Assembly: GCA_000182565.2 (NCBI GenBank)
Contig: KQ257455.1
Strand: one strand, 5' to 3'
DNA: 64,000 nt
DNA from: Spizellomyces punctatus DAOM BR117
Lineage: Eukaryota
Both the position numbers and the translations under genes were made by a program. A model generated the notes under the pieces. The model was not told the DNA's origin. It saw only the letters and a list, made by a program, of their open reading frames with translations, and made no database searches. Of this stretch, positions 1 to 13,749 are shown in pieces; the first letter of the stretch is position 1, and each line of letters starts with the position of its first letter.

Positions 1-194
1 TATCTGAGGGTATGGGATGTTTGGAACCAAATGGATAATTTGTCTTGTGGAAATATGACATACGTTCTGGCGAGACCTTTGAAAATATACAGAAGCTCTG
101 TTATCCTAGGCCACATGCATATACAAGACCAAAATGTACCCCATGCTCCCTTATCAAAGTTCAATTGACACAAATTCCGTTCCTACAAAAACAC

Positions 195-1456
<1,262 letters not shown>

Positions 1457-2122
1457 TGCGTGTTTTCAAAGCAACGATGAAGAGTAGATGGAGGGGGTGT
1501 TCTTTTTCTTCAAGCGCCGATCTGCCCCCCTCCTTTGGTCTCCGTGTAGTCATACAAATGACATAATTGAGTCACCGTGCCACTGAGATTAGTCACAATC
1601 CGGCTTTTGATCTGAACCTTCTCCTGATGATAATTGCTATCGGCCTTCCGGGTGGTTTGACGTTGGGCATTGAAAAAGTGTTGGAGGAGGAATATGAAAT
1701 GGAAATGGAGATGGGAATGGACATTAGGACATGTGTGTGAGTGTGAGTGAGTTGCATGTTGCAGACGGTCGAGGGATTGCACTTGGTATGCTCCTCGCGC
1801 TTGAGCATAACAATGTTGTTTCGGCGTTTTCGACTTGCATCGTTTTCCTCTTGTTCTCCAAAACCTTATGGCCATTGTCCACACTCATCACTCATGCATC
1901 GCTACCACAAATGCATCGCATGTAGAGATCGTCATCGTCTGCTGGTCGTTGACTTGCATTCTGATCGTAGATGGCACAATCACAGGGCCACCTACTCAGA
2001 GCACAGTCATGCAAGCGGTCCTTTGATGAACACATGGACGCCGCTTCTCCCGTCAGCAGATCTACACCCATTTCTTGTAGTTTCTCAAAGTTGCATCCAA
2101 AACTGACAGCACACCCCAGCGA

Positions 2123-3499
2123 ATGCCAAAGGACATCCTCAAGGTCGTCCTTTTGGGCGACGGGGGTGTGGGCAAGACTTCGCTGCGTTATCAATTCATA
2201 CATAAACGCTTCACATTAGCATACAAAGCAACGATAGGTGCAGACTTTATTACAAAGGAAGTTGAAACAGAAGATGGAAGAAAGGTTGCAATGCAGATAT
2301 GGGATACCGCAGGTGAGCTGATGAGTGCAAGAGTCTTTTGAAATTGTCCTTGCATGGTCGGGATCTAAAACTGTTTACCTCTATATGGCATTAAGGACAG
2401 GAGCGTTTTCAAAGCCTTGGAATAGCTTTTTACAGAGGGGCAGATGCCTGTGTGTAAGTAATGTTGGGTATTTATTGGGGATTGCAAGAGAGATGGCAAA
2501 TTTGGTTGAATGCTCTGCCTCTACTTTAGCCTAGTCTACGACGTCACGAAACCAGAAACCAGCACCAACCTCCTCAAATGGCTCACAGAATTCATCCAAC
2601 AGGCTGATATTCGGGACCCAGAAAACTTTCCATTTGTCCTTGTCGGAAACAAAATTGATAATCAGCGGGATCGCGCCATTACCAAACGTCAAGGACAGGA
2701 ACTTGCAATCCGACTCAAGAGAATATGCAAGGACGCTGCTGTAGATCGATGGAGAGATACGCCACAGGGAGGGCTGACGTATGAGAGATATGGATTGACG
2801 AGACGACGGAGTACGCTGCTCAGTGGATCGGCAACAAGTGCGGGAGAGAGTGTAATACCAGGTCCGAGGGGAAGGATGTTTGGAGTATCACGTACACCCA
2901 GTAGTGACGCTCCGTCCTCACCAATGTCAGCTTCTCCCACTTCTCCGACATTACCGCATCCTGATGGACCATCTGCTCCGAAACTCCCCTGGGCCGGTTC
3001 ATCGACCCGATTGAAAGACCCACATTGGAGGGACTCTATCACATCTCGTTACTCTCTCTACGAAACCGCATCCGAATTCTCTGAAGAAGACTTTGGAAAG
3101 ACATCTGTTTCGTCTGATGAGGGTGAATGGGAGTCGAGTCAAGCTGCCTCTGTAGACGAAGGCTCGTCAGAAAGTGAACAGGAAAGCGATAGCGTTGAGG
3201 CACTTTCAAAATCTGCAAATACACTTCTTCTCCAACCCGTCTCAGCCTCCAAAGTCTCTTCTCCACCTCTTCAACCCAAACTATCCACCGACGGTCTCCC
3301 TCTTTTTGAAGTGTCAGCCAAAATTGGAACTCGAATAGACGAGATTTTTGCTTATATTGCAGAGAATGTGCGAACACCAAAGTATGCTTTTGACATACTA
3401 GCTGGAGATGAAGAGGATTGGGATAGTGTAGGGTCTCGTAAAGCTAAAGTGTCGGTTATGGCGACACCAAGATCATCCGTGTCATCTTGTGCATGTTAG
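2123..3499 (+). CDS. Rab7-like small GTPase with a long Ser/Pro-rich insertion between G4 and G5
   Basis: GDGGVGKTS (G1), YKATIGADF (Rab7-type effector loop), WDTAGQERF (G3, split by an intron), GNKID (G4), EVSAK (G5), C-terminal CAC prenylation motif. Confidence 0.9.
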
Positions 3500-3852
3500 C
3501 CAAAGTATTTTTTTGTTTTATAGTTTTTATTTTGTATTCATGGCAGATTTAATGTGAGTTTTAATGATGCAAGTGATTGCTAATGGCATCACAAAGTGAT
3601 GAGTTTTAATCTTATTTGTTCAATACGACGAAAGTAATCACATAAATACAAAAAGGACCATCAAAAAACTTTCGCAAAACGGCGACGTCTTCTCCTCCAT
3701 TGGAAGCGAGTGTTGAATTACCGGAGAGCGACAGAGGGTATGCGATATAGAGACGATGTTCACAGGTAGGAATGGAATATTTGCTGTCGTCATTGCAATT
3801 ACTCCGCTGAAACATTGGACCGGCGCCAATCCTAGCTGAACTCCGTTAAAGA

Positions 3853-6020
3853 CTATGCCTCAACCACATTCTCTGTAGCATAGAGCTTGAAGGTTCGATC
3901 GTAAGACGCCGTAGCAATGTATTGCCCATCTGTATAGCAACAGGAATCAGTACTAGCCTGCTGCGTTCAAAATGATCGACTCAGAAACTTACCCCCGGAC
4001 ACATCACAGCCGGTCACCTTCCCTTCGAGTCCGGTCAATGCTTTCACAGGCTTGAAATCACCATCCGTCCACACCTTGCAGGTCCCATCATACGAGCTTG
4101 ATACTAAAAAGGACCCATCCAAGACTTGTCGTCGCACCATTCTCCCACGATCCCCTCCTAGGCTCAAGTCACCGTCACTTTCCTCTTTCACTTTGACGTC
4201 TTCATCCACATCCATCTTCATATTCTCGCTTCCGTTGAGCTGGTACCCATTCTCGGCGTCCTCCATTTTGACATCCCCATTTTCTTCCTGCTTGAGGGGT
4301 TCCGATCGGAACGTCCAATCGGGATCCATTCTGGCTTCGAAATTCTTCCCAGCGTGCCAGTATTTCAGATGGCTTACCAGATTTGTATGTGCTGGAACAG
4401 TGTAGATGCTCTTCGCGGCTCGCATATCCCATATGCGAATTGTATTATCCTCGCTTCCCGTTGCAACATGATATCCGTTTGGCGACCAGTCCAAACATAG
4501 TATAGATTTTACGTGACCCTGAAGAACCATGATTGATCTCCCGGTTCGCAAGTCCCACACTCGTCCGATAGAGTCCAAACCACCGGTTGCCGCCAATGCA
4601 CCGTCCTCTTGGAATCCAAGTGCAAACACTTCGCGAGAGTGTCCTTCCTGGAGTAGGAGCTCCTGCGTCGTTTCGGCATCCCACAATCGCCAGGTGCTAT
4701 CGAAACTAGAGGTTCCAATATATCGCCCAGATGGGTGGAACGCCACTCGTGCGACCCTCAATTCATGCCCGACTAAACTTCCTATTGGTACTTCGCTGTT
4801 GAAGTTCCACAGGTGGACGCTCCCGTCCGCAGCGCCGCTGACTAGGTTGAGTGATTCGGGTGTTTGGGATATTGTTGAGTTAGGATGGAAAGCGACTCCG
4901 CTAACACGCTCTCGATGCCCTTTGAGGGTATGTAGGGCTGTCAGCTGTGGCACACTCCATAGTTTGACGAAACCTCCCCAAGAGGCGGTGGCTATGACGC
5001 GGGAGTTGGGAGAAAATGTGCAGTAGGAAAGAGGGCGATCGTCCCCATATTGTAGACTTCGGGTTTCAAAGGTTTTTAGATTTGTGTACCATTCATGCCT
5101 CATCTTTTTTCGTTGTCCGTACGGGAGGTCGAGTTCTGCTCGATGCGCTGCTAGTCTGTGCTTTGCTCTAAAGACATGTCATTAGGAGACTTTTGTACAT
5201 GATAAAGAAATATCTGCTTGATCTCGCCTACCGTGACAGGGAATATCTCGCAATGTCTTGTCTTGCCCCTAGTAGCTCAGACGGTCCAGGTGTGTAAAAC
5301 TCTTCCTCCTCTTCCTCTTCCTCCTCCTCTGAACTTTCCTCTTCCTCCACTTCCATTGCCATCCCCGGTTGCTCATGGATCCTTCGCGCCAGAATTTCTC
5401 GTAACCGATCGCGCCGATCTGCTGGCTAGCCATCCCAAGAAAATCAATACCCCGTTGATCTCAGTACACTCAAACGCCAATCGTCAACAATTTCGTACCC
5501 CTTCTCCAAACAAGGTTATTGGCTCGCCCTCCTCTCGTAGTCGTGCTCTGACTCGTGCATCATCGGTTGGAACCGCCAAGTTTCTCGCAATGCGTTTACG
5601 CTCGAATTGCTCGAGAATAGCCTGGTGCTCTGCTTGTGCACGAGATGTTGTTTCCGAATGCTCTACATCTTCGTCACCTATAGATTTACCTCAGCTTCAT
5701 TAGTTCCCAGCAGCTTGCCAAAAACTGTAGATCGCCTACTAACCTAGATCATCCAAGGTTACCCCACCCTATGGCAAGGAGAGAATGAAGGCAAAGAAAA
5801 GGAAGGCATGCAAAGTCAGGCAACGTTTCTTTAGACAGGAAAAACAAGGAGGGCGCCCAGCAAAGCCGTGACCAGCAGCTAGCCAACATGTTTCGTAAGG
5901 CTCATCTCTTACCTGCAGGCCAATACTCGAGCCTCCACCACGCACCACCCGGTCATCCTCCTCCAAACTGCCGAAATGAATTCGCGGCTTGTTCAGCAGA
6001 GCAGATAGGTCTTGACTCAT
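3853..6020 (-). CDS. PRP4: U4/U6 snRNP WD40 protein Prp4
   Basis: N-terminal IHFGSLE. PRP4 motif [27 protein letters not shown]40 repeats ([26 protein letters not shown]). Last exon ends [13 protein letters not shown]...EA*. Confidence 0.95.
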
Positions 6021-6193
6021 TCTGTCCAAGATGCAATTTTCAAAGCTGTATTGAATGAATCCATCCTGCAGGTTGACCCCCACGTATCGTTGTTGCCATG
6101 GACACGTCCCAAACTGATCTGCATGGACGATGCGACCTTTGCGAGATTCCTTCAGTTTTCTGAACATTTCCCCTTTCAAAAACACAACCCCCA

Positions 6194-7015
6194 ATGGACG
6201 AAGAAGTCGTACCCGATCTTTCTGCGCTTACAGATACGCTAGAATCAGCAGTGTCAAGGGTCACAAATCTCATGGAACCGCTGTTCTCGTTGCCATTCGA
6301 GCAACAGTTGGGAAACCTGGCACCGCTGGAGAGAGCCAAATTGGAGGTTCTGATGGCTTTTGCAATGAACAGTCTTATATTTGGTGGGTATTGCTGGACA
6401 CTCTGTTTCTGAATGGGCAGATTGCTTGCTGAAATCTTGTGCGCTTCACGTAACAATATCCTGAATGACCATTTTCCTCTGCAGTATATTTGAAGACACA
6501 AGGCGTGCAACCTGACGCACCAGTCAAGCGAGAAATGCTTCGAATAAAGGGGTACATAAACAAGATAAAGGATGCTGCGGGACTGAACAAACGTATGCAT
6601 GATGTTGATTAATTGACATCCTTCTCGGCGACACAACGTAATATACTCTCATCATATAGCTACGATGCGCCTCGACTCTCAAGCCGCAAAACGCTTTGTC
6701 AATCATTCTCTAATAGCTAACCCTGAAGTCAGCGGTGCGTGCCGATTAGTTCGTGCTGGTTGTCTTTCTACTTGTTCTATCTTCTAAAAATCATCCTTTA
6801 TGTCACGATCAACAGAAGAAATCAAGAAACGAAAACATGAATCCGAAGCCGACAATTTCCTTTCTAATATCTCCCTGCCTACAAACGGAGCCAGCACTCC
6901 AGGGACAGCGTCAGGGAGCAGCAACGCAAACACGAGCGAACCTGACGGAGATGTGGGAAAAGAAGAACCTGCCAAAAAGAAAAAGAAGAAGAATAAAAAG
7001 AAGAAGGACGAGTAG
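6194..7015 (+). CDS. C1D: C1D/Rrp47 (Sas10/Utp3/C1D family) exosome cofactor
   Basis: PLERAKLEVLMAFAMNSLIFVYLKTQG...VKREMLRIKGYINKIK, then LDSQAAKRFVNHSL. Lys-rich C-terminal tail. Confidence 0.9.
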
Positions 7016-7645
7016 ATTGCTTATAGGCGGGGGGTGGGGAGGTGTTGCGTTCTTTTAATTTATTAGCTATCAATTTGGTATAGTTCTCTCCATGAAGAGT
7101 GATGTTTATTTTTATTTAAACGGCGGTCACACCGTGTACGGTCACCGTTATCTGCAATGCTATCCATTTACGTTGGTCAGATCCCAACAGAATTGCGGTA
7201 CTGTTTTATGCTAAAGAGGTTTGGTGTTTCACCGTAACGGTTTCTTTATTTGCTTTCGCGCCTGCTTCTATCGCACACGCTCGCAGTCTGGTGCTGTACT
7301 ATGATTTGTTAACGCTCGCATGATTTTGCGAGATAATGTTTCTAAAGACTGTGCTGAAATAGATGTGTTTTAATCCACGGATCGCGAGCTACCTGCTTAC
7401 TTCCATGGAAGAGAACATGTTTAAAATGTTCTAATACATCCTTAAACAGTGGTTTAAACTCCAGCTATTGGTGATGTGCCAAATTACCATATAATAGCTC
7501 CTTTTCAAATAAGAATGTCGATGAACTTAGCAAGGCATGGCACCCGGATTCATCTAGGGTAGAGAAGAAACCTGCTTGAAGATGCTTTCTTTTCACAGAG
7601 CTGTCATGCTATATTAGCAGTTTCAATCCATTTTATTTCCGATAG

Positions 7646-8808
7646 CTAGACAACACAATCCAGAAAAATAATACAGAGGATTACAACATACATTTGCAAA
7701 CGAGGTATTTTCAAGGTAAAGGGCGGCAAGCTACGACTCTTTGAAACTTTATCATGACCAAAGCGGTAATGCTGCGTAGTGAGCACCGTTGCAGAATCTT
7801 GACCAAAGAGTTCAATGGTAACAGTCAAGATTTGAGTATCATCATGTCACACATGGCGACTCTGGGTGGGTGTTACCATCCTTTTGAAGGACTTGAAATA
7901 GAAGGGAATGGCGGATGGTGAGAGCTTCCGTTTGCACCATTTCTTTCATTTCACTGGTCATCAAACTCGGCTCGAATGAGGCCAACCCCAAGCCCACCAT
8001 TACAGCTGCGATTGTTCCAGAGGATGACGATCCGTGCACGAGTGCGCTCAGGAAGTCGTCCCCCAGCGTATTCTGATCAAAAGAATGGTCCAGCAGGGAC
8101 TGCATCGGCCTTGGAGGAGAAAAGCCTGTACCCTATAAGCACCAACAACCGCATTTTCGAGATAGTGTGCCAAGGCGGTTCCTGACTGGTAATGGTAGCA
8201 AGTAGAACAGAATATGGATGTTATAGGTTTCAAAGGAGAACATTGTGCGCGAACCGTGTGAATCTTGTGGAGGAGTCGTACTGACATTTCGCCAATGATG
8301 CCTTGTTTTCCCGTTACTTGAATGTTGTAGGTACTTTTGCCTTGGTTGGAGACGAGGTGAGGATATGTGAGTTGAGGGCAACGTCTCATCAGCGTCGTTC
8401 TGTTCAAGGGTTTCAGGCGGTCCTTGCCAGCCTTTAACGGGACGTCGGCCGGACGGGATGATATGATAATAATCAAGGAGTCCTGTCGACAGGGATTTCG
8501 ACGAGGATGGAGGTGGCCTGTCAGAACGCCGTCGAAGGTTTTCAAACTCTGAAAGCTACCGCTCTCAAGTTCCCTTTCCTCAGGACGGTTTTTGGCAATG
8601 TGTACCTGCCTCTTGAGATATGAGCTAGTGTGCATTCTTCGATACAGATATCACGCCAGGCGGTTATTATGGATACAGAGTATCGACAAGTCTACCGCCG
8701 ACATAAAATGCACTTGCGTTTCCCACTCTTTGTGCTGTATTTGCAAAGAAGTGCCAAAGCTCAACCTACCGCCCCACGACCGTTTCCAAACCTTTCAAAC
8801 AAGCCCAT
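7646..8808 (-). CDS. Possible lineage-specific multi-exon hypothetical gene (structure unresolved)
   Basis: Several minus-strand open stretches (8048-8635, 7842-8105) with plausible GT/AG signals. Divergent from the SH3-EH gene. No recognisable motif. Confidence 0.25.
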
Positions 8809-9033
8809 GCATATCAAACATACACGTAGTATAAGCATCTCACACAGGAGCAACGCCGTCCAAGCTATTTGGGCCAAAATAACATTGACAGTTGGTCTTT
8901 ACTTTTGTTTGGGGGGAACTTTAGATTTGTCGAAGGGTCGCGAAACGACCGTCACGAGATTCTCCACCGTGTGAATGACACCATCCTTATTACGCTTGAG
9001 GCGAATTCCGTGTTCATTCCGCCGCTGACCAAG

Positions 9034-11086
9034 ATGCGCGCAAAGGCGCTCTACGACTGTGTGGGAGACTCTGTGGACGAGCTCACATTCAATCTTGGAG
9101 ACCTTATAGTCGACGGTACTTCTACTGGCGGCGCGGATCCAACGGAGATTGTTTTGCTAACTGTTTCCCATAGTTGAACCGGCCGAGGACGATGGGTGGT
9201 ATAGAGGTCGCTTGAATGGAAGGATTGGCATCTTCCCGGGGAATTATGTGCAATTGGAAGAGCAGACCGAGGTTGGTCTTCTGCAGATTTGTATTGCGCG
9301 TAGTAAGTTACTCATCAACATTTTCCAAAAGGAGACCCCGGTACCAAACCGACCGCCATTTCCTGCTAGAAATACCTCTCCTGCACCTGTAAGTGATGGA
9401 GCCGAGAGTTAGCTGCAAAGTGATGTCAAACTAATCAGAAACTACAATATAGATAAGGTCCCTACCCCACAGCAGCTCTACTGGCTCAATATCCTCTTTG
9501 GGCGGTCGACCTAGCGTAGGTGGATTACGGAGGGATACGTCGGCCAGCTCTCTCGCGAGCTTATCTGATGCCGGATCAGAGGGATTCAAAGTGCAACTAC
9601 GACCGACAGCCAAGCCCCCAGATTTTGCTGCCGGCGCAATCAAAACAGAAGACAACATGAGCCACGCCGATGAACAGTCAGGAGCCACAGCACGCGCAAA
9701 AAAACTGAAGAATACTTATACCACTAGACAGGCGCTGATGGAAAAATCGGATGCGATGGCAAAGGCGGGCCGTGATAGTATCAATGCGCGCAAGTCAAGC
9801 ATGTCAGAGGAAGGTGGCTCAGGACCTTCGCCGGCAGGCTCTTTGGCTGAAGTCATGACGCGGTCTATGAGTGGATCAAGTTTAGGGAGCAATGATGGTG
9901 GTGGAAGCGTTTCACAGCTAAGGAGCAAATTCGCCAACTTGACCACGGAGGATGAGAAAGGAGAGGACGTGAGCGGTTTCCCAATGGTTGGGAAGCGGCC
10001 ACCGCTGTTGGTTTCAAATCAGTCTTCGCAACCACCATCTGTCCCTTCCCGTAACAATGCGGCTACAGAGTCAGACGCAAGTCGCAGTCCAAGTGTCGGG
10101 ATGCGCTCGTCATTGCAACAATCGAATCAACAATACACACCTCCTCAGCTACCATCCAGAGGGAGCACGCCTAATCAGAGTCGCAACATCACTCCGACAC
10201 CGCCAACACGGGCGTTAAAGCCTTCCGAGATGAGAGAATCGCAGCAAGACAATGGTGTTGAACCGGTCCGGCTGGTCAAACCATCAGATTTGCGGGCACA
10301 GTCAACGGCGTGGAATACTAATTCAACTAGTCTGCGACAACCAGTATCCGGACCGACGTTACCGACGCGCCCAGCCCCGTCTCGAGGCAGTGAAGGTCCA
10401 CCCTTACCTGCGCGTCCCGGTGCTGGTACTGCACTAGGTCTTCCGAAAGCCATCGATGCCAGTGCGGCACCGATCAACGCCCCTGCCGCAATTCCATCAC
10501 GACCCGCGCCGCCGCGGCCAAACTTTCCTTCAACCATCCCATCACGACCTACTACCGGTGTCAAAGCTGTAATTGAGCCAACTGCACGACAAGGTTCGAC
10601 GGGTTTTTTCATCTTGAGCAAATATCAAGTGCTAAGGAGTTTGACGTTCCAGGCGCAAATGGTACCGGCGGTGGCATATCGCCAGATGCATTAGCTAGGT
10701 ACGGCGAGCTCTTTGACCAGACAGACACGGATGGAGACGGGTTGATTGATGGAGAACAGGCAAGATCACTTTGGTTGAGAAGTGGCCTAGACAACCGTTC
10801 TCTTGGATTGATATGGTGAGTCTTCTGCCGAATAAGCTTGTTCTATATCTTTTTATCTAATCGCTCGGATTAGGAACTTGTCTGACTTGGACGACGATGG
10901 CATGCTATGCAGAAGGGAATTTTGCATTGGTGAGAGGAGTAGTATAGTCTGTTCATCGGTGCCTCAGCACTCTGTTAATCGTTGTTTTGAAATCTAGGAA
11001 TGTTTCTCATTGATGAACGTCTACGTGGTAGCGCAATTCCTGAAAGTTTGAGCGCGGAACTTATTACTTCGATCAATCCATTCTAA
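9034..11086 (+). CDS. Endocytic/actin adaptor with N-terminal SH3, Pro/Ser-rich linker and C-terminal EH domain
   Basis: SH3: AKALYDC...ELTFNLGD...DDGWYRGRLNGRIGIFPGNYV. Many PPxPxR motifs. EH: YGELFDQTDTDGDGLIDGEQARSLWLRSGL..SLGLIWNLSDLDDDGML..EFCIGMFLI..RLRG..IPESL. Ends in INPF*. Confidence 0.88.
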
Positions 11087-11193
11087 AATGCTAGTTATAA
11101 ATCCTCACATCTGCTCAACCTCCAAGACTATGCTAACTTGCTGTTCTTCTACCAGTATGATAATATAATAATAATACAATGTACATTCCACTT

Positions 11194-12273
11194 CTATGCT
11201 GTTGGAGACGCCTCTAGATCAGCGACATAACATTTGGTAGCCGTAATGAAATCATCTATGGGGAGGGCGATTTTCCAATCTCGATGGCCAGCACCAAGGT
11301 ACAGGATTGGCGGCTTTGGCAACAAAGTGGTTATTGATATATATACCGCTGAATAATCATTACACTCTGCAGTGCTCCGGCAGCCTACCTCCAGCATCGT
11401 CATGTTTTTTGTGATGATGATCGGAACATTGGCCTTCATGCCTAGATGTACGTATGCATCAGCGGTCTTCTTGAAAGTACGTATTAAACGTAACCTTACC
11501 AAACGGTGTTACCCCTCCCGTTTCGTATCCAGTCAGCGCCATATTTTTCTATTTGTCAACAATTTGGACATCAATGATCACTAGTCGATAATGCATGTGT
11601 GATTCATAACTCACCTCTTCAGATGCCACCCTCATATTATAATGCTTTCGTGGTATTTCCTTGTTTCCCAGATCCCTCACAAAATTCATGAGCTTTTGGG
11701 CATTCATCTTGTCCACATACTGGACTACAACGCAGTAAAATTGCGAGTTCACCGGGTCTTTTTTGCAGGTCACAGGAGATTGTCAATTGGGCGTGCGTAT
11801 GCAGTCCGATCGTCACAAAAGTATTCACCCAATGTATCTCCTGTCGGTTTCCACTTTGTGTTTTCGAATAGGATGGTTTTACAGAGATGTGCGATGCTTG
11901 GCGCATTGAGGCGGGCGCTGTGACAATACAGGAGTATTAAAGAACTTATATTTCTGTATGCCTTCTCATCTTTACAGATTGGCATTCACATACGCTCGTC
12001 GTTCCAAAGTCCAGTCATAGTAATCCGATTCAACTTCGTAGAACCGTGAACAGTTTCGCAACGCAATGTCTCTTGTCCCTTGTTCCACCTTTAAAAACGC
12101 TTGAGAATAGCACAGGTACTGAAAGAATTGCAGTTCAAACGTACTCTTTGCACGCCGTCTGGTGCATGTTCTGGCAAGCGTTCCTTCTCGGCTTGTGACC
12201 GGAATTGGTTCATGTAGTCTGTGGTGTTTGTGGCGGGAGTGGAGGGTGTGGTTGCGCCAGATGCGGTGGTCAT
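11194..12273 (-). CDS. YbaK/ProX-like aminoacyl-tRNA deacylase-domain protein
   Basis: VESDYYDWTLERR, HLCKTILFENT, SQFYCVVVQY, YNMRVASEE, LTGYETGGVTPFG (GxxxP motif), LYLGAGHRDWKI. Confidence 0.85.
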
Positions 12274-12937
12274 GTTGGAGTGGATCTACAGGGTTTTGGG
12301 ATCGGTCCTGTGCGAAGTGCTGTTGGGCAGTTACGCGCGCCCTTTCCGCATCTTGTTATGACCAAAATCTGTTTTCTTAAACTACGTGTGCTTGGCAAGT
12401 GCATGACTTCAGAAAGGTCGTGATAGAAATTGCAATGACTATTTTGTTTATTTATACAAAAGAGTAAACCATCTGTCGTCAGCCCCGGCCGCAGAAAGAC
12501 ATTTCTTTGAGCACCTCCCCCGCACAAGCATTAGGAGTCATAATCCGCTCTAATCCAGCGCCGACCGACCCCCTACAAATACCGTCCTTCCGATCCTCAG
12601 ACATCATTTCAGGATATCGTGCGCATACATTGTTATTGCATCTCACAATGAATCTCTCAAACAATCCTACTTTCTTTTGCATTACCAGGTTTGGAACGCA
12701 GGTCAGCAGAGTCGCACATTTGCGTCTTTTACCAATTGTACCTTGTTTTTAAGCAAATTGTGCTCATCATGAAGGAGAGCAATGGCCATCGGCAAAAGCA
12801 GCTGGACGCAGCCAACAAGCAGAACGACAAGGCACGTGATGGCTTACGTATTCAGCTCAAGTCGATCGTTCACGTGAGCAAGTCTCTCCTCATCCTTCGA
12901 CTTGCAACGATCTCGCTTGCTCTCATTTATGCTGAAC

Positions 12938-13724
12938 ATGCATCCTACACCCACCCTCTCCCACCTAAAGCCAGCCGACTATCAACACGTTTACGAACCG
13001 GCAGAGGACACATTTCTTTTTCTTGATGCCTTGGAAGCCGATGTCAACTTTATCATATCGCGATCTCCGGTGGTCTCCCTCGAGATTGGGTCTGTAATGG
13101 TGGATTGCCATTAGAGTATATGCCATGCGTCTTATTCGTCACTGCTCTTACAGATGCGGAACGGGCATTATAACAACTTTCCTTCAAACCCTCCTCACCT
13201 CGCACGGCATTCCCCTGCTTTCCCTCACAACCGACATAAATCCACAGGCTTGCAAGGCGACTGCCGCCACAGCTCTCAGCAATCGCACCTCAGTAGATGC
13301 CATAAGAACAGATTTGGCATTTCCTCTATTTCCAAGAATGGAAAATGGAATTGATATTTTATTGTTTAACCCGCCGTATGTGGTGACGGAGAGTGAAGAG
13401 GTAGGGAGTACTGGTATCGAGGCAGCGTGGGCGGGAGGGAAGGACGGAAGAGAGGTTGTCGACCGGGTTTTGCGCTTAATTCCGGTGAGTGCAAGTCCCT
13501 TCAGTTGTCCAATACTTTCTATTTTCAAACTAATACCTTTGCAATCCATCCAGAGGATGCTGTCAAAGAATGGAATCTTTTACCTCGTTACAATAAGAGA
13601 AAACAAACCACAAGAGATAATGGAATACATGTCTACTACATATAACCTTAGATCGGATGTCGTATTAAGCAGAAAAGCTGGAACGGAAGGGTTGTCAATA
13701 TTAAAGTTTTATTATCCAGCCTGA
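12938..13724 (+). CDS. MTQ2: HemK-family eRF1 glutamine methyltransferase (Mtq2/N6AMT1)
   Basis: VYEPAEDTFLFLDALE, LEIGCGTG, FNPPYV, AWAGGKDGREV, GIFYLV. Confidence 0.95.
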
Positions 13725-13749
13725 TAACCTTATTGTCGCATTCTACGCG

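Noticed and set aside
1575-1640. TPP-riboswitch-like words (CTGAGATT...TTGATCTG) upstream of THI4
   Set aside because: They lie on the strand antisense to THI4 and lack the P4/P5 elements.
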